In this document: positions 1 to 10,949 of the stretch, in pieces
Position numbering within the stretch: the first letter of the stretch is position 1
How the letters are laid out: each line of letters opens with the position of its first letter
DNA from: an uncultured Gammaproteobacteria bacterium
Lineage (GTDB): Bacteria; Patescibacteriota; Microgenomatia; Levybacterales; GWA1-39-11
Length of the DNA stretch: 64,000 nt
NCBI GenBank assembly: GCA_964537315.1
Contig: CAZIAP010000001.1
Coordinates: forward strand, 314,888 to 378,887
Direction: 5' to 3'
Program-made: the position numbers and the translations under genes
Notes under the pieces: generated by a model
What the model was told of the DNA's origin: nothing
Databases searched by the model: none
What the model saw: the letters and a program-made list of their open reading frames with translations, nothing else

Positions 1-716
1 ATTTGTGAGTAGAACGAATATATGTTTGGAAGTAATAACAATACATATAGTGTTATATAGAGAACGAATTTTTTAATACTCACTTTATTTTTCAAAATAA
101 AATAAATCATATACGGAAGAATAAGTATCGTGCCAATTTGAATAAAGCGGATATAGGAAACCCACAAGTACACACTAAAAATATTTACAAGAAGATAGAT
201 AACTTTTTCGTTTCTGGTACTGTAAAAAAACTTATAAAATGAAAAAAGGAAAAGTGGAATGATAGCATTATAAAATACAGTCGTCTGTTGAGAAACTGCT
301 AAAGGAGAAAATGTATAAATCATTGAGAGTATAAAACGCACTTTTGCATTTTTAAAAAACATTGTGGTAAAGAGATAAAACGATATGAAAGTAAGAACAT
401 ATCCTGAAAGAGAAAATATCACCTGTGAGAAATCTAAGCCAAAAATATAGTACAAAGCTGATATATAGCCTACCGGAAGTACTCTAGAAAAAGATAACAA
501 ACCTTGATCGTACCCAAGATAATAACCTAAATTTGTAAATGAATGCAGTTGTTGTAAGAACATCACTAATGCTTCACTAGAAGATTTAGGCCAAAAAGCA
601 GTATCAACATAAAACCAAAATCCATCTCTCAGTAAGTATAAATGAGCTAATGTGAGTACAGCTAAAAATATTATTGATTTTAAAATTTTATTTTTTTGAG
701 TTTTTATGTAATCCAT
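1..716 (-). CDS. polytopic membrane protein, 3'-truncated by the window edge (start ATG at 716; overlaps the stop of the neighbouring gene by 29 nt)
   Basis: Manual minus-strand translation is uninterrupted from 716 down to position 1 (MDYIKTQKNKILKSIIFLAVLTLAHLYLLRDGFWFYVD...). Several hydrophobic helices. Missing from the ORF track because the stop lies outside the window. Confidence 0.5.
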   Translation of the reverse strand, partial: MDYIKTQKNKILKSIIFLAVLTLAHLYLLRDGFWFYVDTAFWPKSSSEALVMFLQQLHSFTNLGYYLGYDQGLLSFSRVLPVGYISALYYIFGLDFSQVIFSLSGYVLTFISFYLFTTMFFKNAKVRFILSMIYTFSPLAVSQQTTVFYNAIIPLFLFSFYKFFYSTRNEKVIYLLVNIFSVYLWVSYIRFIQIGTILILPYMIYFILKNKVSIKKFVLYITLYVLLLLPNIYSFYSQ

Positions 717-2757
717 ATAGCATAAAAATTATAATGCTCAAAATAGTTAATGAAATAATAGCTGTTATATAAAATATTTTTTGTGGCCAAAAATACATCT
801 CAATATTAACTTCATCCTCATTATTTGAATTGATGCTTATGTTCCATTTATTTCCAAACCCATTATTTAGGCTATGTTCATGAATTGTAATATCCTCATT
901 TGATTTCAGCTTCCAATCTTTGTGAAAGCTACTATTAAAATAAATTGATATATTCCTGTCCGGAATATTCGATAATTGAATATTATACTTGGTTGGGTTT
1001 ATTTTTTTAACTTTTAAATTCTTGTACTCTTCACCGCTGTATTCTAACGTAATATAACCTTTTACATACTTATCTGGAACCTTGAAAAGCGTTCCCAATT
1101 CAGACTGATAAATGAGCTCCAACTGTTTACTTGTCAATATATTGATTTTTTGAGGGATAGTGTTAATTTTATTTACATCGTTTCTGATATAAACATATCT
1201 GATAGATGCGTCTCCTAAATTTATAGGATTAAACTCATTTGTTAACTTATGATACTGATCTTCAGATTGTTTCATAATGAATCCATCTGAGTATACTTTT
1301 GGTCTATCTATCATTTTCCCTAAAATATCCTGACCAGTAATTCCATATCCATTCATGAAGTCATAATTTGTGTAACTTAGCCCCGGGTAAAACAGAATTC
1401 TCCCTTCTGCTTCATCGTTGTTTACAATTTTTGCTACTTCCTTATACTCGCTTGGGATTTTTACAATCCTTTGATAACTATCACCTATCTTAACTTCTAG
1501 AATTGGAACCATTGAAAAAAAAATCCACGTTTGAAGAATAACACAAGTAACAATTAGTATATTTATAATCTTATTTCTTTGAACTGTTATTGAATACGTT
1601 ATAAGAAATGAAAGTACTAATATTATAGGTAAACCAAATTTCGTATCGGGTGTACGAAAAATGCCAAACAAGGGAACGTAACTATAAAAAAAATCATTGA
1701 TTATCCCAAACGGTTGCTGATTAGCTTTCGCAATAAATATACTTATCAGTAACGATATAATAAGAAATATCTGAATATTTTTTTTATTTTTTTTAAATTT
1801 TATTAATGATATGAATGATATTATCCAAATAAGAAATATGGTTATTATTGCAATTGGTGATGCAAAATAAGGATAATATGAGTGAAAGTATCTTCCCCCC
1901 CATGATTCACTGATGGTCCACTCAAAGAATAGCCTAAACATTCCGATTATCCCATTCGAAGAAAATGCATAATTACTAAGCCCAGTAGATACAGCATAAA
2001 AATCATTACGTACAATTTGCATTCCAAGTGGGACGATAAAAACAAGTGATAGTAATAATGCAATTAAAGTTGCTCTTAATATTTGAGGCATCCTTTTGGG
2101 AAGTAAATCTTTCCTAAAGCTAATTAATAGCCAAGGAAGAAACAATGATAAATAAAGAGCAATTGCATATGGTCCAGTATTAATTGTAAAAAAAATGCAC
2201 AAAATAATTATTAATGTTTTCTGTAAATTTAGTTTTTCTATTAAACTTGAAATAATGATGTATAAAATTAACGGCGCTATACAAAACACAAAAAATGTTC
2301 CATCAATAACTCCTCCATGCCAGAAAGTTATAGTGTATAAGTTAAAAGAGTAAAAACATGCGCCGATTAATGAAGCGATTCCTGAGTTCGGAAATTTTAA
2401 TAAATTTATTGCTTTATAAAAGAAATACCAAGCAGAGTAAAATATTAACGATGAAATCAAAATATAAAATATTAATTGCATAATTTTAGTTGATATACCA
2501 AGAGATAAAAAAATGTAGCTAAATGTTATTGCATAAAATCCTGCTATAACATTTAAATATGAAGTAACACCAAAATTTAAATCGTTCCAAAAAAATAACA
2601 GACCGTTTTGCAATTCACTTTTCAGAAGCAGTAGTGAACTGTCATGCACTGACAAAAAATCACCGTTCGCTACATATACTAGGGTGGTAAAAAAAAATAT
2701 TAGAACTATGAAAGGTATAAAAAGTAAGATGTTTTTTTTGCCCATAACAATAAACAT
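688..2757 (-). CDS. large polytopic membrane protein with a C-terminal soluble domain; GT-C-like or YfhO-like putative glycosyltransferase (HDSS motif after TM1)
   Basis: 689 aa, about 12 or more predicted TM helices and a hydrophilic C-terminal third. N-terminal VHDSS motif shared with 15595..17124, 37934..39637 and 39624..41294. Confidence 0.55.
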   Translation of the reverse strand: MFIVMGKKNILLFIPFIVLIFFFTTLVYVANGDFLSVHDSSLLLLKSELQNGLLFFWNDLNFGVTSYLNVIAGFYAITFSYIFLSLGISTKIMQLIFYILISSLIFYSAWYFFYKAINLLKFPNSGIASLIGACFYSFNLYTITFWHGGVIDGTFFVFCIAPLILYIIISSLIEKLNLQKTLIIILCIFFTINTGPYAIALYLSLFLPWLLISFRKDLLPKRMPQILRATLIALLLSLVFIVPLGMQIVRNDFYAVSTGLSNYAFSSNGIIGMFRLFFEWTISESWGGRYFHSYYPYFASPIAIITIFLIWIISFISLIKFKKNKKNIQIFLIISLLISIFIAKANQQPFGIINDFFYSYVPLFGIFRTPDTKFGLPIILVLSFLITYSITVQRNKIINILIVTCVILQTWIFFSMVPILEVKIGDSYQRIVKIPSEYKEVAKIVNNDEAEGRILFYPGLSYTNYDFMNGYGITGQDILGKMIDRPKVYSDGFIMKQSEDQYHKLTNEFNPINLGDASIRYVYIRNDVNKINTIPQKINILTSKQLELIYQSELGTLFKVPDKYVKGYITLEYSGEEYKNLKVKKINPTKYNIQLSNIPDRNISIYFNSSFHKDWKLKSNEDITIHEHSLNNGFGNKWNISINSNNEDEVNIEMYFWPQKIFYITAIISLTILSIIIFMLYGLHKNSKK

Positions 2758-3800
2758 TACTTTTTGTTCAAGTAAAATTTCAAAACCATTCTATGTATTG
2801 CATTACGCATAGTTCGAGGAAGCAATATATTTCCTATGAACACGAAGTAAAATTTAGGATTAATTAATATTCTTTTATTCATCGAAATAACTTTTTGTGC
2901 AGTAAATATCATTGCTCTGACCTTATCTATATATGTGCCTTTAAATCTTAATGATATCCAGCTAAACGGGCCATTTATTGCAATCGCGTCATTAGAAAAC
3001 TTTTCATAAATTTTATTTTTATTTTTTATATACCTATATTTATTTTTACTTTCAGCAAATTTAATAAAATTATTAATTACGCCTAGCTCTGCAAAAAGTA
3101 CGTTACCTCTCTCTGATGATTTAGTCCTCCCTGATAAGCCATACCAAATTTTATTTATATAAAGAGGTCTATTAATAAAAAGAACCTTATTTGATACCAG
3201 TAATATTTTTAGCAAAAAATCAGTGTCACAATGAGTATCAACGTTGGCATCAAATCCACCTACTGCATCGAATATTTCTTTTCTAAAAACTAGCCCAGGT
3301 GTGTTAATATAAACTCTATAATTATTTATTTTTTTCCCTAGTACCATATAGTCTAATATATCTCGTGCATTATATATGAACGAAGTCTTATCACTATTTA
3401 TAACCTGTCTTGCAAGCTCTAGATTATTTTGATCCACCATTATTCTTCCTGTGTATGCTAAATCTATTTGTGGATTCTTATCCATATATTCAATTATTTG
3501 ATTGAAGTATTCCTTTTCAAATTTATCATCATCATGAAATAAACAAACATATTTAGTTTTTGCAAGAGAAATGCACTTATTCGTATTTAATATCTCACCA
3601 AGTGCAGGAGAATTTCTATAATATTTCGCAGTGGGGATTATTTTTTTTGAGATGGATTCAGAAACATTGTTATTACTATCATCCCCAATTATTACAGAAA
3701 ATTTAGGATATTGAAGACTTTTGATACTATTAATTGCATCCAGAAATTCGTTCGGACGATTAGCAGTAACTGTAGCTATTGTAAGAAGATTACTAATCAT
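2757..3800 (-). CDS. glycosyltransferase family 2 (GT-A fold)
   Basis: N-terminal Rossmann-like segment TVTANRPNEFLDAINSIKSLQYPKFSVIIGDDSNNN and acidic DXD-type motif FHDDDD. Confidence 0.8.
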   Translation of the reverse strand: MISNLLTIATVTANRPNEFLDAINSIKSLQYPKFSVIIGDDSNNNVSESISKKIIPTAKYYRNSPALGEILNTNKCISLAKTKYVCLFHDDDKFEKEYFNQIIEYMDKNPQIDLAYTGRIMVDQNNLELARQVINSDKTSFIYNARDILDYMVLGKKINNYRVYINTPGLVFRKEIFDAVGGFDANVDTHCDTDFLLKILLVSNKVLFINRPLYINKIWYGLSGRTKSSERGNVLFAELGVINNFIKFAESKNKYRYIKNKNKIYEKFSNDAIAINGPFSWISLRFKGTYIDKVRAMIFTAQKVISMNKRILINPKFYFVFIGNILLPRTMRNAIHRMVLKFYLNKK

Positions 3801-4378
3801 TTTTTAAGTGTTACAACAATCTCAGTGGCCCCACCTACCCAATAACACCAGATTCTTTCAAAAAATGTAGGTGACGCATTTATACATTTATCCATAAGTC
3901 TCACAAAAGGTCTAGCTACCAAGGGACATGAATTAGGATGGATATATTTTTCATATAAACCACTATTTGGATATAAGCCGAGATACTTAATCTCTTTCTT
4001 GAGGATAGAATAAGATTTTTTTGTATAAAAGTGTTGATAATGATTTTTTTCAAAGCAATCAAAGCTTGTTATGCCAAAAGGTCTTTTATGAGTAATATCA
4101 CTAAACGATCCCATTGATGAAAAATGTGGAACACGAATATTTATTATTCCTCCTGGTTTCAGAATTCTGTGAATCTCTTCAAGCACCTGTAATGGGTTAT
4201 CCAAGTGTTCAAGTACATGGTACATATGTACTTCCTTAATACTCGATGACTTAAATGGGTAAGGTAGAATGTTTAGATCATGAACAACATCAACAACCCC
4301 TTTTATATTCACTAAATCAACGCCGATAGAATTCGGTATTTTTGTTTTTCCACACCCTAAATGAAGAATATCTTTCAT
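3797..4378 (-). CDS. class I SAM-dependent methyltransferase
   Basis: Motif I ILHLGCGKTKIP, VLEHLDNP and LKPGGII resemble the Methyltransf_11/25 family. 4-nt overlap with neighbours. Confidence 0.75.
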   Translation of the reverse strand: MKDILHLGCGKTKIPNSIGVDLVNIKGVVDVVHDLNILPYPFKSSSIKEVHMYHVLEHLDNPLQVLEEIHRILKPGGIINIRVPHFSSMGSFSDITHKRPFGITSFDCFEKNHYQHFYTKKSYSILKKEIKYLGLYPNSGLYEKYIHPNSCPLVARPFVRLMDKCINASPTFFERIWCYWVGGATEIVVTLKK

Positions 4379-5037
4379 TAACTGTATTTTTTAATAAAAT
4401 TCTCGATAGAGATATTTTGTTTTATATCTTTAACCATTTCTACATTGTCCTGATTCCACCACTTTAACTTTAAAAGCTTTTTCACAATATCGTCAGAAAA
4501 TCGATATTTTATAATTCTCGCTGGATTTCCAACAACAATAGCATAAGGTGGTACGTCTTTAGTCACCACAGAACCAGCGCCTATAACAACACCATCACCA
4601 ATATTTACACCACCTAATATTATAACATTTGACCCTATATAGACATCATTGCCAATCTTAATCGGACGAGTAATACTATCGTCTCCTGATAGAGATAGAT
4701 TATTAAACGGATATGTCGAAACTGTACTGTACTTATGCGATTGAGGTAGAGTTATGAAATTTTGGGCGATAGACGTATATTTACCTATAGATGTGAAATT
4801 TATTTTTGTACAGCTTAGACCCAAATTATCTCCCGAAATGTAACTATAATCTCCTATTTTAGAATTTTCATCAACATATACTCCTCCCATAATTACAACA
4901 CCTTTTCCAATATCCTTTGTTAATATAAATGAATGAAAGGATATGTTTTTTCCAATATATCTTATACCATTTACAATAATATAGATTGGGTACAGACTAT
5001 ATATAATATAAGCAAATTTTATTATTTTAAATTTCAT
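4378..5037 (-). CDS. hexapeptide-repeat (left-handed beta-helix) sugar O-acetyltransferase
   Basis: Repeated [LIV]-G-x-x-x-x hexapeptides, e.g. IGSNVIILGGVNIGDGVVIGAGSVVTKDVPPYAIVVGNPARII. Confidence 0.8.
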   Translation of the reverse strand: MKFKIIKFAYIIYSLYPIYIIVNGIRYIGKNISFHSFILTKDIGKGVVIMGGVYVDENSKIGDYSYISGDNLGLSCTKINFTSIGKYTSIAQNFITLPQSHKYSTVSTYPFNNLSLSGDDSITRPIKIGNDVYIGSNVIILGGVNIGDGVVIGAGSVVTKDVPPYAIVVGNPARIIKYRFSDDIVKKLLKLKWWNQDNVEMVKDIKQNISIENFIKKYS

Positions 5038-6166
5038 TAGGTTTCATTTTATTAAAATATTCCTTATAAAAAAACGTAAAAGTCATGAGTAAAATGGACA
5101 ACCAAGTTAGTATACTAAATATTTGTATGTATAATGAAAAATCTGCTTTTGTAATCCAAGAAAAATAAGTGATTCCAATATATGACGTTGCAAGCAAAAT
5201 AAATATTCTACTAAAATTTACATGCATAAGAATCAGAAATGGTATTAACCATAAAAACCACTGGACACCAAACCCAAGTGTTAAAGCAAAAAACAAGAGG
5301 CATATTCCAATTACTTCTTTATTAATTGTAATTTTTTGCTTAACAAAAATAAATATTATCCCTAGCAACAACAATCCATATGAGAATCCTTTAATGTAAT
5401 ATCCAAACTCAGTAGGTATTTTTTGGATAATCAACCCCAACCCATAGTTTCCTGATATGCCTCGATATGAATAAATAGTCCACAATATTGATTGAATAGA
5501 TGATGCAAAAAACATATGGTATACCAATACAGACAAAATTGGAAACAGTAGAAGTAAAGGAACATAATAGATCTTGATTCTCTTAATTACAGGAATTGCA
5601 AACAAAATTGGCCAAGTCTTAGTGACTATTGCCAAAGAAGCAAAGATTGCACTATAAAAATTTTTTGAGTTTTCAGTTAAAAAATATGATAGTAAAATTA
5701 GAAATATTGGTATTGAATCAAACTGACCATGAAATGCAACGATAGATGCGCTTATAGGATTAATAGCGTATAAAAATGCTTTTTGTAGATTCTTATAACT
5801 CAATATATATAACATATAAACTACTCCCACATCGAAAATAATGAAAATAGTCTTTAAAAATAGTACATATGAAATATTCAGTTTTTGAATATACATAGCT
5901 ATCGCTTCTAGATATAGAAATACTGGAAAATACGGATGATGTAATGGTGCTACAGTTGGATAGATGTTATATTTCTGAAGTGTCAATTCACCTATTAAAT
6001 GATAAGAATCTAAATCAAAATTCGATATTCCATTTGACAAGAAAACAAATATAAGTCTAACAATAAATGCAAAAATAATTATTTCAATAATGGTTATTTT
6101 AACCTGATGTTTATAGTAATATAAAAACGCAACAAGCAAAAGTGATATAAAAATTATAAACATCAT
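5027..6166 (-). CDS. polytopic membrane protein, GT87/DUF2029-like putative mannosyltransferase
   Basis: 379 aa, about 10 TM helices. The loop motif DSYHLIGELTLQKYNIYP resembles the DUF2029 Y..G.nPY loop. Confidence 0.45.
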   Translation of the reverse strand: MMFIIFISLLLVAFLYYYKHQVKITIIEIIIFAFIVRLIFVFLSNGISNFDLDSYHLIGELTLQKYNIYPTVAPLHHPYFPVFLYLEAIAMYIQKLNISYVLFLKTIFIIFDVGVVYMLYILSYKNLQKAFLYAINPISASIVAFHGQFDSIPIFLILLSYFLTENSKNFYSAIFASLAIVTKTWPILFAIPVIKRIKIYYVPLLLLFPILSVLVYHMFFASSIQSILWTIYSYRGISGNYGLGLIIQKIPTEFGYYIKGFSYGLLLLGIIFIFVKQKITINKEVIGICLLFFALTLGFGVQWFLWLIPFLILMHVNFSRIFILLATSYIGITYFSWITKADFSLYIQIFSILTWLSILLMTFTFFYKEYFNKMKPNEI

Positions 6167-7215
6167 AATAACTCTTTATATATGGCAATTATCTGCTTAA
6201 CTCGATTGTGGTAAGTGTGTTCTTGCATTACCTTCCTTCTTCCTGCTTTTATAATTGGCTCTCTTTTTTCAGGATTTTTTATATAATAATCAATTTTGTC
6301 GAACCAATCCTGTTTATTTTTAGCTATTATAATCTCTTTTTCTGGAACGAAAAGATCCCTAATACAGGCAACATCATCAGTAATTTCAAATCCACCACAC
6401 AATGGTATTTTAAATGTCCGTTCATTACAATCCCCACCTAGTTTCTTTTGATATGCCTCATGAATATTAATTGATATTAGTGACGAATTGTATATCTTCC
6501 GTTCATCTTCTAATGCAAGTTTTGCTTTTTGGATTGAACGAAGAAAGGGTAAATTAAAATATTGCCCACCACGTTGTATCGTACCAAGTAAGCGTTGCCA
6601 GTATGTCCAATCTTGACCGTAGAGACAAAGGTTATATCTCTTCCGTAGAGGGTAAACATATTCTTCAATAAATTTTCTTTTTTCAGGTAAATACGTACCA
6701 ATGAACGAGACATCCGACCTGAACCGCTCATCGTATTCTGGAAAGTGCATCGTTTTGTCAGCAGCTAAACGAATGGTTGTATGTGGAAACCCTGTAGTCT
6801 TACTAAATCCTTCCATTCTAAAATCTCCCTGCTCATATGGGTTATGAAAAACATCACCAAGTTCATTTTTTTTTATCATTTTTACTAGATTAATTTGATT
6901 CTTAAGAGATTGTGGTTCGTTGATTCTAGTCCGAGAAAATGCTGAATTCCATGCGTGTGTGCTCATGAAAGCTTTCATGCCTTTTTTTCGTGATAAGTTA
7001 AATTGTTCAATGTTTAAAAATTTTAAATTATAATGTGAAAGAGATGACATAAATATGTGAGGTTTTATTCTCTGAAAAACTTCTTCCTGATCGTCATCTG
7101 CTGTTAGAACATAAAATTTGTGTCCCAGATCTTCAAAAGCATTCTTATATCCAAAAAATATGGTCCTACCCGCATAAATTGTGGCTAATGACGGAATGTG
7201 ATATAGAATTCTCAT
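6163..7215 (-). CDS. CgeB-like glycosyltransferase (Glyco_trans_1_2 C-terminal domain)
   Basis: C-terminal segment GGFEITDDVACIRDLFVPEKEIIIAKNKQDWFDKIDYYIKNPEKREPIIKAGRRKVMQEHTYHNR matches the CgeB-type domain pattern. Confidence 0.55.
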   Translation of the reverse strand: MRILYHIPSLATIYAGRTIFFGYKNAFEDLGHKFYVLTADDDQEEVFQRIKPHIFMSSLSHYNLKFLNIEQFNLSRKKGMKAFMSTHAWNSAFSRTRINEPQSLKNQINLVKMIKKNELGDVFHNPYEQGDFRMEGFSKTTGFPHTTIRLAADKTMHFPEYDERFRSDVSFIGTYLPEKRKFIEEYVYPLRKRYNLCLYGQDWTYWQRLLGTIQRGGQYFNLPFLRSIQKAKLALEDERKIYNSSLISINIHEAYQKKLGGDCNERTFKIPLCGGFEITDDVACIRDLFVPEKEIIIAKNKQDWFDKIDYYIKNPEKREPIIKAGRRKVMQEHTYHNRVKQIIAIYKELL

Positions 7216-7220
7216 GTCAG

Positions 7221-8372
7221 TTATATTTCTAGATTTTCAAAAATTACTGTGTAATTAAATTTTCTTGCATAATTAATCGCATTTTTACGAAACTCATTAT
7301 TAAACTTGGGTTTCATTGCATTAAGAATGTACTTTGCTATAATATTGGGATTTTCATTTATAATAACTCCACATTTATAGTTAACAATGTCTCGCGCATT
7401 CCATGGTAACTCTGTAAGTAGTACTGGTACACCACATGCAAGATAAGTTTTAACTTTTCCGGGATCTGCATAGTATGTCCATTTATCTAAACTTTTAATG
7501 TATGGAGCAACTGCGATAGACGATCTAGCAATTTCACTTTCTACTTCTCTATGATCTGATATTTTTCCTTTAAAATCACACCATTCATAAATTTTTAATT
7601 TCTTTGCATACTTTATTAGCTCATCCCTATAGGGACCAGTACCAATTACTTTAAATCGTAACTTTGGGTTTCTTTTTATTACTTCAGGCATAGCTTCTAG
7701 AATAAGTTGAACCCCCTGACTTTCTATAAGCCTACCCATAAATACAAGGGTATTCTTATCACAGTCTTTATAGTCATATTTCTTAATTCTATCCACCCAC
7801 ATTCCATACTGAACCACTCTTAAACTCTTATAGTCAGATTTCTTAATACCCAGAAACTTATCTCGAGCTTCTGCCATTCTTGGTGATAAATCCCACATTT
7901 CATCAGAATTTTTATAGCCATGAATATTAACCCTATGATAGAGTATATTTACAATATTTGATGTAAACCTGTTTGTTGGAACAAAGTCTATTGCCCAATA
8001 TATAGTTCTCCGTACACTACCTAAACTTTTTAAGATATTTCCCGCTAGGACGCATAAACCATCCATTCCTATAAAATTATCCCATCTAATCCTAGATGAA
8101 AACACCCACCAAATAGTAAAAAAGATCTCTTTTGCATATAATAACGGTGAAGGCAGGAAACTATAATCAAGTGTTCTTTTTTCTTTATACTTCAATCCAT
8201 TTTTGTACCAAACGTAATAGCTTCTACGATCTGGTGCTTCATAAAAACTATGCCCAATATGTAGTAAATTGCTAATTTTATTTTTATTTAAATAAGCTAC
8301 AAGCTCATCATCTGGGTGTGTTACAAATTTATGAGCTACAATAACTACATTATTACTCTTAATTTTTTTCAT
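7221..8372 (-). CDS. glycosyltransferase family 4 (GT-B fold, Glycos_transf_1)
   Basis: FMGRLIESQGVQLILEAM...KFKVIGTGPYRDELIKYAKKLKI is a typical GT4 C-terminal domain. Confidence 0.8.
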   Translation of the reverse strand: MKKIKSNNVVIVAHKFVTHPDDELVAYLNKNKISNLLHIGHSFYEAPDRRSYYVWYKNGLKYKEKRTLDYSFLPSPLLYAKEIFFTIWWVFSSRIRWDNFIGMDGLCVLAGNILKSLGSVRRTIYWAIDFVPTNRFTSNIVNILYHRVNIHGYKNSDEMWDLSPRMAEARDKFLGIKKSDYKSLRVVQYGMWVDRIKKYDYKDCDKNTLVFMGRLIESQGVQLILEAMPEVIKRNPKLRFKVIGTGPYRDELIKYAKKLKIYEWCDFKGKISDHREVESEIARSSIAVAPYIKSLDKWTYYADPGKVKTYLACGVPVLLTELPWNARDIVNYKCGVIINENPNIIAKYILNAMKPKFNNEFRKNAINYARKFNYTVIFENLEI

Positions 8373-9201
8373 TTCTTATTTTTTTAAATATCTGAATCTT
8401 AAGCTTAGTAGGAATTAAATATACTGAAAAAAATTGAAGGAGATTATATATTAAATCAAGAATTGTCCAAGAGTAAGCAGGGTGTAAAAAATATTTACTT
8501 CTTACTTCCAATGTGCTCAACTCCATTTTTCTTAACTTTTTATATGTTGCAGATGATTCAGATTCCCTATATTTCAATAAAACTTGCTGTAGATTTGCAA
8601 ACTTATATTTGGTTCCAATCCTAAAACTAATATCAATATCTTCTGCAGGAGGGTATTTAAGATTATATAATCCAATTTGATCAAAGCACTCTTTTCTTAT
8701 CATTGCAGTTGGTTGTGCGACAGGTGAAAACTTAAAAACATTTTTTCTTATTTTTCTATCTTCCTTCTCGTAAGTTCTAAGACTCTTATTCCCTTTTTCA
8801 TCAAAGAATTCAATATATCCACCTACTATTCCTACATCAGGATTATGTTCCATGTAGTCTACTTGTACTTTAAGACGATCAGGCATTGATATATCATCAG
8901 CATCTTGCCACGCAATATATTTTGTTTTAGCTGATAATATCAGGGTATTTCTACAAGCAGCAATATAACTATTTTTCTTATTTTGGATTACTCTTATCCG
9001 ATTATCTGCTTTTTCATATTTTTTAATTATATTTAACGTACCGTCTGTGCTTGCATCATCTAGAATGATAAATATAAATTCTTTATAACTTTGGTTAAGT
9101 ATGCTCTCTATTGATTGAGAAATATATCTTTCAGCATTATACGCGGGCATAAGCACTGAAACCAGAGGAGATTTCATTTTTAGCGATTTTGATAATACCA
9201 T
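8359..9201 (-). CDS. glycosyltransferase family 2
   Basis: [42 protein letters not shown]. Confidence 0.85.
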   Translation of the reverse strand: MVLSKSLKMKSPLVSVLMPAYNAERYISQSIESILNQSYKEFIFIILDDASTDGTLNIIKKYEKADNRIRVIQNKKNSYIAACRNTLILSAKTKYIAWQDADDISMPDRLKVQVDYMEHNPDVGIVGGYIEFFDEKGNKSLRTYEKEDRKIRKNVFKFSPVAQPTAMIRKECFDQIGLYNLKYPPAEDIDISFRIGTKYKFANLQQVLLKYRESESSATYKKLRKMELSTLEVRSKYFLHPAYSWTILDLIYNLLQFFSVYLIPTKLKIQIFKKIRNEKN

Positions 9202-10115
9202 TCTACTGTTTTTGTAAGCCCTTCTTTGAAGTCAGTTTGGGATTTAAACCCAAAATTTTTATACGCTTTCTCTGTGTCTAACTTTCTTCTCGGCTGTCCA
9301 TCCGGCTTTGTGATATCCCAAATAATATTTCCATCAAACCCCACGATATCTTTTATTAAATTAGCAAGCTCTTTTATACTAATCTCAAAAGATGATCCTA
9401 AGTTAATCGGATCTCTGCCATCGTATTTTTCTGTTGCAAGCACTATTCCTTCTGCCGCATCCTCAACATACAGGAATTCTCTTGTTGCCTTTCCTGTTCC
9501 CCAAACTTCTACTTCTAAAACTCCTTTTTCTTTAGCTTCGATAAATTTCCTAATTAACGCAGGGATAACGTGAGAAGAGCGAGGATCAAAATTGTCTTTA
9601 GGGCCATATAGGTTAACAGGAAGCAAAAAAATAGAATTTAGATTATACTGATCTCTGTATGCCTGAGCTTGTACTAATAGCATTTTCTTTGCAATTCCGT
9701 ATGGCGCATTAGTCTCTTCTGGATAACCATTCCACAAATCTTCTTCTTTAAAAGGAACTGGTGTATGCTTTGGGTAAGCGCAAACTGTCCCTATAGCAAC
9801 AAATTTTTGTACATTGGCTTTTCTTGCCTCTTCCATCAAATTCACTCCCATCGTTAAGTTATCGTAGAACAAGGAGCCTGGGTATTGTTGGTTATATCCT
9901 ATTCCACCAACGTTCGCGGCCAAATGAATCACTATATCTACTCCCTTAACTACCTCTCTAGCATTTTCTTTTTCTCTTAAATCAACTTCACTTGACCTAG
10001 GAATAACAAGGGATGAGTCGTCACATCCTCTTTCACGTAATTTTTGTACAACGTGAGAACCAAGAAACCCTGAACCGCCCGTAACTAGAATTTTTTTATC
10101 TTGAAGATCAATCAT
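9180..10115 (-). CDS. fcl: GDP-L-fucose synthase (GDP-4-keto-6-deoxymannose 3,5-epimerase/4-reductase), SDR family
   Basis: [17 protein letters not shown]-binding motif. [15 protein letters not shown] (YxxxK) and [12 protein letters not shown] closely match the Fcl signature NSHVIPALLRRF. Confidence 0.8.
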   Translation of the reverse strand: MIDLQDKKILVTGGSGFLGSHVVQKLRERGCDDSSLVIPRSSEVDLREKENAREVVKGVDIVIHLAANVGGIGYNQQYPGSLFYDNLTMGVNLMEEARKANVQKFVAIGTVCAYPKHTPVPFKEEDLWNGYPEETNAPYGIAKKMLLVQAQAYRDQYNLNSIFLLPVNLYGPKDNFDPRSSHVIPALIRKFIEAKEKGVLEVEVWGTGKATREFLYVEDAAEGIVLATEKYDGRDPINLGSSFEISIKELANLIKDIVGFDGNIIWDITKPDGQPRRKLDTEKAYKNFGFKSQTDFKEGLTKTVEWYYQNR

Positions 10116-10180
10116 ACTGTTTCAATAGTATAGTCATCAATTACAGAATCTGCAATGTTTTTATATGCTCTCAATTATAA

Positions 10181-10939
10181 CTATAATTTATTCTTAGTGT
10201 TATAATATTTTGTAAATTTTATTCTGTAAAATACCATAACGGTATCCATTAACATAGATAATATTATTTTCCAAAATTTCCTTGATGCAACACTACTTAC
10301 ACTACTAATCCCAGTAAAGTTAAGTTCTACTGGCGCTTCATATATACGGGTATAACCCAAGTTATGAGCTACTGCCAAAACTTCAATATCGAAAGCAAAG
10401 CTTTTAACTTGCAATCTAGGGAGAACATCTTGTAAAACTTTCCTCTTGTAAAACTTCAACCCTACCTGTGTGTCTCTTATTGAGAGTCCAAAAAGAATTT
10501 TAACTAAAATCCTATAGCAGAATGACATTACTCTCCTAACAAATGGATAGTGTATTTTAGAAACTGGATGTAGTTTACTACCTACAATAATATCAGCGTT
10601 GTACCATTCAAAATGTTCTAATAACATCGATAATCCATTAGGGTTGATATCCATTCCCGAGTCGATAAAAGCCAGAATATTTCCTTTTGCTTTTTTCATA
10701 CCATATTGAATTGCATATCCCTTACCCATGTTATCTTCATAACCTACTACTTTAATATTTGAATTCTTAACTTTTTTTGCGTTTTTACGAGTAGAATCTA
10801 ACTGGCCGTCCACAACTAGAATTATTTCATATTCATATCTCAACTGGTCCATTACTGATTTTATTCGTATCAAATCCTGCTCAATAGTTTTTTCTTGTTT
10901 GTACGCGGGTATTATTAATGAAATAAGTATTTTCTTCAT
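10181..10939 (-). CDS. glycosyltransferase family 2
   Basis: ISLIIPAYKQEKTIEQDL...EIILVVDGQLDSTRKNAK; TAG stop. Confidence 0.75.
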   Translation of the reverse strand: MKKILISLIIPAYKQEKTIEQDLIRIKSVMDQLRYEYEIILVVDGQLDSTRKNAKKVKNSNIKVVGYEDNMGKGYAIQYGMKKAKGNILAFIDSGMDINPNGLSMLLEHFEWYNADIIVGSKLHPVSKIHYPFVRRVMSFCYRILVKILFGLSIRDTQVGLKFYKRKVLQDVLPRLQVKSFAFDIEVLAVAHNLGYTRIYEAPVELNFTGISSVSSVASRKFWKIILSMLMDTVMVFYRIKFTKYYNTKNKL

Positions 10940-10949
10940 ATTTTTGGTG

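Noticed and set aside
5169-5399. Short plus-strand ORFs embedded antisense within the minus-strand genes (e.g. 5169..5399, 6208..6441, 9226..9573, 14957..15157, 23561..23806, 25488..25691, 29212..29477, 36304..36570, 40546..41043, 61391..61774, 62841..63268)
   Set aside because: They are fully nested inside longer, well-supported genes on the opposite strand. Their composition is low-complexity and they have no start context, so they are typical spurious antisense ORFs in AT-rich DNA.
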